A stretch of 64,000 bases of DNA, taken from contig NC_043021.1 in assembly GCF_006345805.1 (NCBI RefSeq), positions 12,400,001-12,464,000 on the forward strand, given 5' to 3'. A model generated the notes under the pieces. It was not told the origin of the DNA. It worked only from the letters and a program-made list of their open reading frames with translations, and did no database searches. This stretch comes from Octopus sinensis. Its lineage: Eukaryota. Position 1 is the stretch's first letter; each line of letters starts with the position of its first letter. Positions 41,270-54,232 of this stretch are shown piece by piece. A program made the position numbers and the translations under genes.

Positions 41270-42355
41270 CATCATCATCCTCATTTAACATCCGTTGTCC
41301 ATGCTGGCATGAATTGGACAGTTTGATTGAGCTGGCACGCTGAAAGACAGCACCAGACTCCAGTCTGATTTGGTATGGTTTTCTACGGCTGGATGCCCTT
41401 CCTAACACCAACCACTCCAAGAGTTAATGGGTTCTTTCATGTACCACCGGCACAAGTGCCATTTGTGTGACACCAGGGTGCATTTACATTCCACCAGCAC
41501 AGGTGCCAATTTGTATCTGCCACAATTGCGATTTTGCTCAGCTTGATGAGTCGTCTTGAGCACAACATAATGCCAAGGGTCTTGGTCATTGCCTCCATGA
41601 GGCCCAACACTTGAAAGGAACTTGGCCACTTCACTCCATGAGGGTCAACACTTGAAAGGAACTCAGCCACCTTGCCTCCATGAGGCCCAACACTCAAAAG
41701 GAACTCAGCCACTTTGTCTCTGTGAGGCCCAACATTCAAAAGTTGATTCTTTACATGCCACCAGCACAAGTCCACTTGGCTTGACAGGTTCTCTCAAGCA
41801 CAGCACATCGCCAAAGGTCTCAGTCACTAGTCATTGACTCTGTGAGGCTCAAAGTTCAAAGATCATGCTTCACCACCTCGTCCCATGTCTTCCTGGGTAC
41901 ATCTGCCTCAGATTCCCTCCACAGTTAGAACTGTTCTCATCCATACACATCACATGACCATACCAGCACAGTCATCTCTCTTGCACACCTGATCTGATTC
42001 CTCTTATGTCTAACATTTCTCTCAAGATGCTTAAACTCTGTCGAACGTGTACACTGACATTGCACATCCAGCAAAGCATACTGGCTTCATTCCTGTCAAG
42101 CCTACACATGTCCTCACCTGTTATAGCCCATGTTTCACAGCCATGCAGCATAGCTGTTTGCACACAGGCATCAAACAAACTGCTTTTAACGCTGAGAGAG
42201 CAGCCCTTTATTGCCAGCAGGGGTAGGAGCTCTCTGAATTTTGCCCAGCCTAATCTTATTCTCACAGCTATGCTCCCAGAACATCCACCTCCACTACTCA
42301 CCTGGTCACCTAGATACCGGAAGCTATCTACTACCTCTAGCTTATCTCTCTGGCA
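41270..42355 (-). mobile_element. RTE-clade LINE fragment: ORF2 C-terminus plus repeat-rich 3' UTR and (GAT)n tail
   Basis: LEVVDSFRYLGDQ...RIRLGWAKFRELLPLL...AMLHGCETWAI...RLDRNEASMLCWMCNV...RRLCWYGHV, followed by the ctggatgcccttcctaac tail motif and a catcatcatc end. Confidence 0.9.
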
Positions 42356-42414
42356 ATTCCTCCAAAATTTCAGGTCTTGTGTCTATAGTAGAAAGGACGA
42401 TTATCATCATTATT

Positions 42415-42632
42415 CAAGGTGGCAATCTGGCAGAAACGTTAGCACACCAGGCAAAATGCTTAGCGGTATTTTGTCTGCCACAACGTTCTGAGTTCAAATT
42501 CTGCCGAGGTCAGCTTTGCCTTTCATCCTTTCAGGGTCAATAAATTAAGTACCAGTGTAACACTGGAGTCAGTATAATCAACTAGTCTCCCCTCCCCCAT
42601 CAAATTTGAGGCTTGTGCCTCCAGAAAAAAGG

Positions 42633-42676
<44 letters not shown>

Positions 42677-43350
42677 CATCATTATTTATTAAGGCGACAA
42701 CAGACAGAATCGTGTCTATGCTAGGTAGAATGCTTAGCAGCATTTCATCCATCTTTACATTCTGAGTTCAAATTCCACCGAGGTCAGCTTTGCCTTTCAT
42801 CATTTCAGGGTCAACAAAATAAGTACTAATCACGCACTGGAGTCAATGTAAACAATTAGCCCCCTTCCCCCGAAATATCAGGCCTTATGCTTATAGTAGA
42901 AAGGATTTTTATTATTATCACTATTATTATTATTACTATAAAAGTGGCGAGCTGGCAAAAACATTAGCACGCCGGGTGAAATGCTTAGCGGTATTTCGTC
43001 TGTCTTTATGTTCTGAGTTCAAATTCCACTGAGGTCGACTTTGCCTTTCATCCTTTCGCGGTCGATTAAATAAGTACCAGTTACGCACTGGGGTTGATGT
43101 AATCGACTTAATTTGTTTGTCTGTTCTTGTTTGGCCTCTCTGTGTTTAGCCCCTTGTGGGTAGTAAAGAAATAGGTATTTCATTCATCTTCATATTCTGA
43201 GTTCTGAGTTCAAATTCCACCAAGATTGACATTACCTTTCATCATTCCAGGGTTGATAAAATTAAGTACCAGTTGAATACTGGGGTTGATGCAATCAACT
43301 ATCCCTCTCCTAAATTTCAGGCCTTGTGCCTATAGTAGAAAGGATTATTA
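42415..43350 (+). mobile_element. Four head-to-tail SINE family B copies separated by (ATT)n
   Basis: Repeated ttctgagttcaaattcc...gcctttcatcc...aagtaccag blocks starting at ~42415, ~42690, ~42943 and ~43175. Confidence 0.85.
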
Positions 43351-43426
43351 TTATTATTATTATTGATTGATTGATTCTAGTTTCAGCTCACGAGCTGTGG
43401 CCATGCTGGGGCACCGCCATTTATAC

Positions 43427-43463
<37 letters not shown>

Positions 43464-44042
43464 GCTGTTCTTTTCATACCTAATTAAATTTATGTTTCTT
43501 TGTAGTTTTTTAGTTTCATGTTTCCAAATTCTCCTGATTCTCATTATTTATATTCTATGGTAAAATACACGCACGCACACATATACATGCATGCACTCAC
43601 AGACACTGCCACCACCCGCCACCCCTCCCCATCCTCTGCAGAAAGTCATTAAATATTGGAAAGTAATCTAAATATAGTTTTTTTTTTATCCTCAAACCCT
43701 ACCTTTATGGCTTCGACTTGTTAACTCACACATTTCAGGGGGGCCCCCTCTGATAATTTATGAATTAACTAAGTTTCACACATTCAGGCTTCTTCCCTGT
43801 TTTCCTCTCCACCAACACCAACACCACCGCCATCTTTACCCCCCCCCTGCACACACACAGCCATTCTTGTGTGTGTCTGTGTGTGTGTGTTTATCTCTGT
43901 CTCACTGACAATCTCTCCTTCCTCACACGGTACCCCTTATATTTACATCTCTACTATATTTATCAGATGATTTATCACTTGCTTGTTGTATTGGTTGTAT
44001 TGTACACACACATACACACACACATGACCTACATAAGCGCAC

Positions 44043-44079
<37 letters not shown>

Positions 44080-44259
44080 GTGAGTGTTGAATAGTATGCT
44101 TTGGTACAATGCATTTTACTATAGTTTTTCAACTCAGAATCCAGTCTAACATTCCACTCCTATATCCTTATCATATAACTGTTCTTTCCATGTAAGGAAA
44201 GGTTAGATGGAAAAAAAGTCACATAATATGAGAATAGACAATATATATATATATATATA

Positions 44260-45497
44260 TTGGGTCATCCCGTAAATAACGCGGGGTTGGGGGTTATACT
44301 TCTCTTATTTTTCAAAATTAAGATAAAGTTCCTTTTTTAATCTAAAATATACTCTCCTTCATTTTCTACAATGCTCTTCCATCTATCTGGTAGACTTGCA
44401 AGGCTCCTCTTCCAAAATTCAATTATCTGTGATGAAAAATACTCCTCCAGTACTGTTCTGACTTCATCTACAGAATTCATATTTTTTCCATCCAAATGAT
44501 TTTGAAGAGTGCAGAATAAGTGATAGTCAGATGGGGCAATGTTCAGCAAATATGGTGGGTGGGGCATTGTTTCCCATTCAAATTGCTCCAGCCTCTGGAA
44601 TGTCATCCTCAGTGTATGCGGCCAAGCATTATCCTCATGGAAGAACACCTTTCGTCTTGAAACCAAAGATGGTCATTTTTCTTCTAGCACTGACTTAAGC
44701 AACTCAAGCTGCTTCCAGTAGATCTCCTTTGTTATCATTTGGTTTAGGTTTAAAAGTTCAAAATGGACTAAACCTTTCACATCCCACCAAAACAGATAAC
44801 AACACCTTACATTAGTGAAGACCTTCTTTAACCCGGGGTGCCGGTGTTTTATAGAGAACCCATTTCTCGTCACCAGTCACTATTTGGTCCAAACAAGCTT
44901 CATTCCTGAGATGTGGCAGCAAAGAAGAGCACACATTCACTCACTGTGCATGATTAGACTTTGTTTGTGAAGAACCCATTGACACAATTTGCTGACGTTT
45001 CGATGGAACACCGGTATCGATGAATGGTTGAATGACCAAATCCTAGCTTCTCTGCTACTTCCTCAACAGTTACGATGGCATTTTTTTTCTACCAGGGTTT
45101 GCAGGACATCCTTGTCGAGCTCTACAGATCTTCCAAGAGGAGGCTTGTCTTCTAGGCTGTAGTTTCTGGCTCAGAATTTCTGGAACCATTGTTGACACTG
45201 GCTTATGCTTATTGTTCGAACCCCATATACTGCATTAATATTCCTCATATTTTCCATTGTGTTGTTGCCTTTATTGAACTCATAAAGCAAAATATGCTAA
45301 ATATGCTCCTTTGTCACTTCCATTATAGCTTTGAAAAAAATAACTGTTGAAATCAAACTGAACTCTTCAAAACTTACACTTTGCTCAAGGTAAAATTACT
45401 ACCTGCTTTTGTAGCAAGTTGATGCAGGTAGTTTATCCCATCCCCCTCTGACTTTTAGTGCAATTGAAAAAACTCCATTATGTATGAGACAACCCAA
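44260..45497 (-). mobile_element. Full-length decayed mariner (DD34D) DNA transposon, 1238 bp
   Basis: Transposase remnant 45323->44337 (MEVTKEHI...FHEDNAWPH...PPYLLNIAPSDYHLF...EGEYILD); 34 residues between the 2nd and 3rd catalytic D; imperfect TIRs ttgggtcatcccgtaaataa / ttgggttgtctcatacataa; TA at both ends; internal stops and frameshifts. Confidence 0.93.
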
Positions 45498-46784
45498 TAT
45501 ATATATATATATATACATACATACAGAAATACATACGTATATTTATACACACACACACACACACATATATATATATGTATGTGTATATATATATATGTAT
45601 GTATGTATGTATTTATGTATGTATGTGTGTATGTATAGATATGAATATGTGTATGCATACATGTATGTAAATATATATCTGGGTGTACATTACACACACA
45701 CACACAATACAAATCATTCTATATTTAATTTCCTTGTTCCTTAAACAGTAGAAACATTTGTGTTAATTTCACCTTCAAAATCTGTCTCACCTACCTACCT
45801 CCTCTTTTCATTCATGAGAAGTCTGTGTTGAGTTTCTTTTTTTTTTTTTTCCTTTATGGGAACTTGATCAACAAGAAATTAGATACAAACCGAGGTGAAT
45901 TTAGTGCACACACTTAGAAGCACTTATTTACCTTTTTTGAAAAGATGAGCTTTCTACAGATATCACTAGCTTACAAGAAGCAACCCACATGAAGCCTTCA
46001 TCCTCTTGTTGTGTCATTTGATAAGCGAGTAAAACTTATACCTTGTACATTAGGCCTGGCTGTGCGGTAAGAAGTTTGCTTGCCAATCACAAGGTTTCAG
46101 GTTCATTTTAACTCCATGGGAGTTCATTTTCACTCCATCATGATTATCATCGTCATCGTTGTCTTCATCTTCGTTTAACATCTGTTTTTCATGCAGGCAT
46201 GGGTTAGACAGTTTGATAGGAGCTGGCAGGGCCAGGAGACTACACCAAGCTCCACTGTCTGCTCAGGTATGGTTTTTATGGCCAGATGCCCTTCCTAATG
46301 CCAACCACCTTTCAATGTAGACTGAGTGTTTTTTATCTTGTACCAACACTCGATGAGATCTGTTTTGGCATGGGTATTATGGCTATATGCCCTTCCTAAT
46401 GCCAACCACTTTACAGAGTGGCCTTGGGTGCTTTTTACGTGGCAGAAGCACTGCTAGCAAGGGCTGCTTTGGCATGGTTTTTACAGCTAGATGCCCTTCT
46501 TAACACCAACCACCTGACAGAGTGGATCATGTGCTTTCTATATGGCACAGCTGGACCTTCGGGCCAAACTAAAGCTTTGAGAGTGGACTTGATAGATAAT
46601 TAATAGATAGAAACTGTAATAAACCCATCATATACACATATATGCATGTGTATGTGTGTTGCTGTCTCCTTTACTTGACTTCATCTGATAGATGTAAACA
46701 AATGTCACCATCATACAAGCAGTATCCTTCATTTCCAATTTGCTGTGGAAACGTGTCTGGCCATGCAGAAATATTATATTAGAA

Positions 46785-47015
46785 GGCAGCGAGCTGGCAG
46801 AAACGTTAGCACACCAGGCAAAATGCGTAGCGGTGTTTCGTCTGCCATTACGTTCTGAGTTCAAATTTTGCTAAGGTCGACTTTGCCTTTCGTCATTTCA
46901 GGGTTGATAAATTAAGTACCAGTTACGCACTGGGGTCGATGTAATTGACTTAATCCCTTTGTCTGTCCTTCTTTGTCCCATCTATGTTTAGCCCATTGTG
47001 GGCAATAAAGAAATA
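46785..47015 (+). mobile_element. SINE family B copy
   Basis: ggcagcgagctggcagaaacgttagc...gggcaataaagaaata. Confidence 0.85.
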
Positions 47016-48427
47016 AGAAATATTATATTATTTGGAGACAGGTGAGGTTTAGCAGCAGGAAGACATTAACCCATAGAAAATTTACCTCAACAAATTCCAT
47101 CTGATTCATGCCAGCATGGAAAAGTGGATGTTAAACAATGATGATGAGGATTAGATACACTCTAAAATAAATTTACATTATCCGTTTTTGGCTTTGCTCA
47201 ATGTATCAATAATTCAGTCATTGATCTAACAATCAACTGAACACTATTTATATAAATTGGATTTTTCCAGTTTAGTGGTGTATGATGAAGGTGTGGTTGT
47301 GTGATTGAGAAGTTTGTTTCCTAGCCATATGGTTTCAAGTTCAGTCCCACTGTGTGTCACCTTGGGCAAGTGTTATCTATGGCCCTGGGTCAACCAAAGA
47401 CTTGTGAGTGGATGTGGTAGACAGGAACTGTGTAGAAGCTCATCATATACATAGTACACATGTATATACATATATTTGTGTTTGTTCACCAAAACGGAAA
47501 CTGAAAGAATCCTATCGTGTATACATACATACATAATGAGTGAGAGAGAGATAAACAGATAGATAGATATATTCATACATACATACATATATACATATAT
47601 ATATATATACCAGGCTCCAGTCTGATCTGGCAGTGTTTCTAGGAAGGGCATCCAGCTGTAGAAACACTGCCTGATCAGACTGGAGCATGGTGCAGCCCCT
47701 GGCTTCCCAGACCCCGGTCGAACCGTCCAACCCATGCTAGCACGGAAAACGGACGTTAAATGATGATGATGATGATGTATATATACATCTACTGATATAT
47801 TTCTTATACATATATAGAAGCTGCTTTCTCGAGACAAAGTCAACTGTTTAGAGGGCTTTCAGTGATATATCTGCTTTAAATATGTGTTAATATATACATA
47901 TTAATTATTTCTGGAGAAATAACATTCTGAGGAGGTATGAATGTGTCGAGTGCATCGGGCTGGGCCTGACAAGTGGACACAATATGGGTGACAAGAAAAA
48001 GAGGCGGCTGGAAATGAGTCAAGATTGCCCGAGTGGATATAGAACTAGGAACTAAATCAGGCAGTTCAAAGAAGTAGGGGCCATTATGGTCACAGTGGCA
48101 AAAGGCAGAGAGTGGACACGTCTGTTTAACCAGGGACAGAAGAAATGTTTGTGAGTGACTTGATGCCAGTCAGCCAAGTGTCCTTCTCTTTAGATAAGGT
48201 CAAGTATAGTCTATGAGTGTAGTAGCAGCTGCACCATCCCAGATGTAGAGGTCAACACTCGATCGTGGGTGTCACCTGAGCTTTGTTGAAGGGTAGTGGC
48301 AGTAAGTAGTGGTGATGGTGGTGGCGCTGGTGGAGGATAGAGACAGGGCAGGGGCCTGAAGGATTTCTTGACTTCTAAAGAGGAAAAGCCAGTCTTTGAG
48401 ATGCAGGTTTTTTTGCTATGTTTATAA

Positions 48428-48592
48428 GGCGCAGGAGTGGCTGTGTGGTAAGTAGCTTGCTTACCAACCACATGGTTTCGGGTTCAGTCCCACTGCGTGG
48501 CATCTTGGGCAAGTGTCTTCTGCTATAGCCCCGGGCCGACCAATGCCTTGTGAGTGGATTTGGTAGACGGAAACTGAAAGAAGCCTGTCGTA

Positions 48593-48637
<45 letters not shown>

Positions 48638-48856
48638 ATATGTTTGTGTGTCTGTGTTTGTCCCCCTAGCATTGCTTGACAACCGATGCTGGTGTGTTTA
48701 CGTCCCCGTCACTTAGCGGTTCGGCAAAAGAGACCGATAGAATAAGTACTGGGCTTACAAAGAATAAGTCCCAGGGTCGATTTGCTCGGCTAAAGGCGGT
48801 GCTCCAGCATGGCCACAGTCAAATGACTGAAACAAGTAAAAGAGAGTAAAAGAGAG
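48428..48856 (+). mobile_element. SINE family A (tRNA-like head, central TA/TG microsatellite, AAGTAAAAGAG tail); least-diverged full copy
   Basis: ggcgcaggagtggctgtgtggtaag (A box)...gggttcagtccc (B box)...cttgggcaagtgtcttc...gactgaaacaagtaaaagag; roughly 20 homologous copies or fragments in the window. Confidence 0.9.
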
Positions 48857-49396
48857 ATGTGTTCTCTTTCGTCTAAGCCATTCACAAACATGGAATTGAG
48901 GCAGTGAGGCTGTTTGTTTAGTATAACATTACATCTCATGTGCATCTTCAATTTTTTATGTTTATTCTGTATAAATTGATACGGTAACTTTTTTTCTTCT
49001 AACCTGTCCCCTAGTGGGGGTTGTTAAGATTAAACTCATTAATTACCAGAATAGCCTGCATTGATTCTTGCCAGACCTAAATTGGGTATTTTACAATTCT
49101 GAAATTTAAATTCTGCTGACTAAGCTCTCCATCATCATTCCAGAGATAATGAAATAAGTTCCATTATTCCGTTGGTGTTCTGTCTGGCTATTGCAGACAG
49201 ATGGAGAGCATACAATCTACATAGGAAGCCAAGCCATTCCAATTAGATAATTTGATGCAGTCATCCGATGAAAAGAATTTTGAGTTTGAAGTCTGCTGCA
49301 GTGAATTTAGGTAACATGTTTAATGTATGGATCATTGGAACATCGAACTTGAAATAAATAGTTGTGTGTGTGTGTATGTATGTGTGTGTGTGTGTA

Positions 49397-49428
<32 letters not shown>

Positions 49429-49722
49429 AATGTATGTATGTATGTATGTATGTATGTATGTATGGATGGACGGACGGACGGACGGATGATGTGTGTGCAT
49501 GAATATATATATATATATATGTATTATGTGTGTGTGTGTGTGTGTGTAGATAGATAGACATTTATATACATGTGTGTGTGTATATATGTATGTGTGTGTG
49601 TATACATATACATATATGTAGATATGTGTTTGTGTCTGTATATGTTTATGTATGCATGTGTGTGTATATATATATATGTATGTATGTATGTATATATATA
49701 TATATTGATATGTATGTGTGTG

Positions 49723-49755
<33 letters not shown>

Positions 49756-49756
<1 letters not shown>

Positions 49757-49936
49757 GGGAGAGTTTACGAAAAAAACAAATGACAAAGACAGGTGATGTA
49801 CAAAACAAACAGATGTATTAGTATAACGCTCAGGAATAGAAAAATTTCTTTTACGTTTTGAGCCTACACTCTTCTACAGAAAAGGACACAGAAAAAACAA
49901 GGAGAGAAAAAAAATGTGTGTAGTGGCTAACGATCT
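49756..49936 (-). mobile_element. Short (~180-200 bp) hammerhead-bearing repeat anchored in (TA)n; Penelope-like terminal repeat or retrozyme-like
   Basis: Homologous to 58461-58664 and 62337-62542; starts directly at a (TA)n tract; no ORF, no TIR. Confidence 0.6.
49847..49885 (-). ncRNA. Minimal type I hammerhead motif, A6U family, G12A-inactivated copy
   Basis: Minus strand: CCTTTT CTGTAGA A GAGT GTAG GCTC AAAA CG TA AAAGA. Confidence 0.55.
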
Positions 49937-50574
49937 ATATATATATATGTATGTATGTATGTATGTTTGTATGTATGTGTGTGTGTGTATGCATATATAT
50001 ATAGATAGATACATAGGTTGGTAAGTACTGACAGCTAGACATTTCAACAGAAAGGCAAGTAAACAGTTAGATAACTTAGTCATAATATATTATTACGTGG
50101 GAATTTTTATAACTCCAGCTAGATATTATATGTGTGTATATATATATATATATGTATGCAGGGAAGTAGTAGGTAGGGAGAAGACAGAGTGATAGGCAGG
50201 TAGCTAGCTAGCTAGCAAGGTTTGGGAGGCGTTATGAGTGAATGGATTGTTAAATACATGGAGCATAAAAAAAACAGAACTAGAAGTAATCAAGCAGATA
50301 AGGTAGCGATGGTGTACTTAATGGATAGAGCTTTAAAAAGGTAACTAAAACTACTCATGCAGTGAAGGGGTTGGATAGAATTATGTTAGTCAATGGAAAA
50401 TATTATCTTCAATTTTCCAGTAATGGAGATAACTGTGAGGGAGTTTTGACTGCGTCTTTTAGTCTTGACATCCTGTGGTAGTTGTAAAAACGTATGTCTC
50501 CTTCATATAAGTGGGGTCTTTTGTTACCAGTCTTCTGTGAAAACGTCCAGCCATGGCTGGGGAAATATTGGTTT

Positions 50575-50900
50575 CAGTTCTTGGCACAAGGCCAGCAATT
50601 TTAGGGGAGGTGTAAGCCAATGAAATCGACCCCAGTGTTCGACTAAGACTTAATTTATTGAGCCTGGAAAGATGAAAGGCATTATCAACCCCAGCAGCAT
50701 TTGAACTCAGAATGTATTCTTTTCTACTCTAGGTACAAGGCCTGAAATTTTTAAGGAGGGGGCCAGTCAATTTGATCGACCCCAGTATGCAACTGGTACT
50801 TAATTTATCAACCCCGAAAGGATGAAAGGCAAAGTTGACGTCGGCACAACTTGAACTCAGAACATAAAGGCAGACGAAATACCGCTAAGCATTTTGCCAC
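50575..50900 (-). mobile_element. Two SINE family B copies
   Basis: Reverse-complement homology; the right copy is truncated by the minisatellite at 50921. Confidence 0.75.
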
Positions 50901-50920
50901 CCCTCAGACACACACACACA

Positions 50921-51260
50921 CAAGAGCCATATGGACCACCAAGAGCCATATGGATCCCCAAGAGCCATATGACCACACCCCCAGGAACCATATGGACCCC
51001 CAAGAGCCAAATAGACCACCAAGAGCCATGTGGACCACCAAGAGCCATATGGAGCCTCAAGAACCATATGGACCTCCAAGAGCCATATAAACTGCCCCAC
51101 CCCCCACCCCGAGAGCCATATGGGCTCCCAAGAACCATATGAACCCCCAAGAGCCATGTGGACCCCAAGAACCATATGGGCCCCCAAGAACCATATGACC
51201 CCCCCCCCCCAAGAGCCATGTGGACCCAAGAGCCATAAGGACCCCAGTTGAGAAACATTG
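50921..51260. repeat. ~20-21-bp minisatellite (ccaagagccatatggacc) attached to a hAT-like terminus
   Basis: About 15 units ending in ccccagttgagaaacattg (reverse complement caatgtttctcaactgggg). Confidence 0.8.
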
Positions 51261-51307
51261 AGAGACCTCTAGAGATTTATAGTTTTGAAGTCCTCTCTTT
51301 CTCTGTT

Positions 51308-51360
<53 letters not shown>

Positions 51361-51754
51361 CTTCTCTCTCTCTCATTGTTACAAGAATCTTATAGCATTA
51401 AATAGAAGATATTAAGCAAATGGTGTACGAAATGATTTAGGTCAGAGTGTTGAGGTGACCAAATAATAAAGAGAGAAAGAGAGAGAGAGAGACCAGTGGA
51501 AGGAAAAGCTTCTAGTAACCAAGGCCACCATGGAAAAACAAAACAGAAATAAAAAAGTATAGAATAGATAGCAAGGTTGTGTGTGGGTGGTGGGGTGAGG
51601 AGCAGAGATAGGAGGAAAATCTATTAATAATAAGAAAACAAACTCAGTGACATGGATGGATATGTGTGGGTGTGTGTATATGTATATATACACCCACTCA
51701 TGCACACACACATATATACCCACACATGCGCACATCCATGCATATATATATATG

Positions 51755-51785
<31 letters not shown>

Positions 51786-51802
51786 ACACATACATATATA
51801 TA

Positions 51803-51837
<35 letters not shown>

Positions 51838-52253
51838 CCTTACATACATGCATATGTGTGTGTGTGACTAGAGCATTAGGTATTGATTAGACTATTAACC
51901 GCCTTTTGTTGTTGTTGTTGCTGCTGTTGTTGTTGTTCCTGTTGTTGTTTGACCTGGAGGTTAAACCTGATACTGCAGACCTACAATCAAGAGGATCCCA
52001 GCAATGACCATCTCACCTTTTCAGTAAACGTCTCAGGCCACGATGGAGAATGTGATTGAAGAGCAATTTGGTTGTTATTTCTAGCGTGTGGAACAATCAC
52101 ACAGAAGCCTCATCATTGGCGCGTAACTTTCCAACGACTCCATTCTCCGTCCTTGTTCTCTAAAGTACTTTTATTTGCATTTCTACAATACACTTCTGTT
52201 GTCTTTAAACATTGTACTTTTACGCACAATACCTGTCTGTCTGTCTGTCTCTC

Positions 52254-52311
<58 letters not shown>

Positions 52312-53272
52312 TACACATACATACACACATATATAGACATCCTTGGGTTTGGATTGAACTTGCAAATATATCCATTGTATTATGTAAGGTTTCCGTACAT
52401 ATTCAGTTCATTTCAAGAGAAGAAACAAAACACAACAAAAGACACAAAGAAAAACAGCAAATATAAAAATTAAAAAACAAGAACAAAACATATCGAAGTA
52501 AACAGTGTGATGCATGCACCAAGAAATCCAGTTTATTGATGGTTTTATAAATAGTTTGGAAGAAGGAGGAGAGGAAAAGAAAAAGTGTGTGTGTCCGGCA
52601 GTGAGGTGCTGCTACTTGTTTAATCAACTTCAGCCGATGCTAACCGAATCTTATCAGGTTTAATACCGGGTTTCCATTAGGAACAATTTAGCTTTCATTT
52701 CTTGAATGAAATCACCGTCTAAGAATAACTTGTTTCACACAAACGAATTTTTATTACCAGCAAATTAAAAAAAAATAAAAAAGGGAAATAAATAGGTTTT
52801 ATTCTTTTAAAAAAGGTTTAATTCTCTATTCTCTATTCTCTATTCAAGCTTATGTTGTGTAGTGTGTTGTGTTTTTTTTGTTGTTTTTTTTCATTCAACT
52901 GACCCGACCGTGATCTAAAGAGCTGGCATCTTCCTCGGGTTGATTGATTTTTTTTTTTTTTTTTTGCAGACTGTTGGCTCTGCGAAAGCACTAAAGCATA
53001 ACCAGTTTGTATTCTGGCACTGTGTTATGTCTGTAACCTTGTGATGGTTAATTTCCAAACAGTCCTCTCTGTGTAACTGTCAATTGTTATCAGCTTTTCA
53101 GGACTAAACAAGCTGCCCTTTCAAGGAGTTAACAGCTGGTTTCATTGATAGGATCACAGACTTTTTTTTTTCTTTTGGTCACGGCGCCAATGCATAACAA
53201 GTTTGTATCCTGGCATTGTGCTGATCCTGTAACTCCATGCCATTTAACTTAGAAACAACATTCTCTATTTAA

Positions 53273-53412
53273 TCTATAATAATAAACATGAAATTCTGTC
53301 TGTCTGTCTGTCCATCCGGGACCCCTGTATCTCAGTCTACATTTGCTCTACATAGACATATCATACCATTTTTAGAATCAGGATGATCCCATGATCGAAT
53401 ATCGGCCCTTCA
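53273..53412 (+). mobile_element. Helitron/HINE-like 5' fragment
   Basis: A|TCTATAATAATAAA...(TCTG)n start typical of small invertebrate Helitrons; 3' end not seen. Confidence 0.4.
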
Positions 53413-53844
53413 TTTGGTTTTTGAACATCCAGCATTAAGATCTGATTTAAAAGCATTTCGGTTGCTATTTCTAGCAGGTAAAGCTTGGCTGATCCACACC
53501 ATCTTCGTTGGCATTTGTCAGATGACATCAGAGATCAAGTGAGATATAAATGACAGTTGCTTCGTTAATTTTACATCAAGATAAGAACTTTGGGATAAAA
53601 TGTCCAACTGTTGGAATTCAACTTGGGACTGGAACAATAGAATGATTGCATTACAGAATTAATTCTCATCTGTCCTTAACCTCTGATCAAACACCACCAG
53701 GGCATATAGTCATTATAGATGTATTATAGCCATACTATTTAGCTCTCTTTAGTTTTGGGCCACAGTCCTAATTAGCCCTCCACAGGAGCTACCTTGAAAG
53801 TCTGCATGGAGTGCAGTTTTTAAGCTAGTATATATATATATATA

Positions 53845-54232
53845 GGCACAGAAGTGGCTGTGTGGTAAGTAGATTGCTTATTAACCACATGGTTCCAGGT
53901 TCAGTCCCACTGCGTGGCACCTTGGGCAAGTGTCTTCTACTATAGCCTTGGGCCAACCAAAGCCTTGTGAGTGGATTTGGTAGATGGAAATTGAAAGAAG
54001 CCCATTGTATATATATATATATATATGTATGTGTATATGTTTGTGTGTCTGTGTTTGTCCCTCCAACATCGCTTGACAACCGATGCTGGTGTGCTTACGT
54101 CCCTGTAACTTAGCCCTGTAACTTAGCAGTTCGGCAAAATAGACTGATAGAATAAGTACTAGGCTTACAAAGAATAAGTCCCGAGGTCGATTTGCTTGAT
54201 TAAAGGCAGTGGTTCAACATGGTCGCAGTCAA
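53845..54232 (+). mobile_element. SINE family A copy, tail lost at the junction with the DD37D fragment
   Basis: Homology to 48428-48856; small internal duplication ctgtaacttagc. Confidence 0.85.

Noticed and set aside
50851-51258. Gly/Trp/Pro-rich ORFs
   Set aside because: Translation of the 20-21-bp minisatellite.
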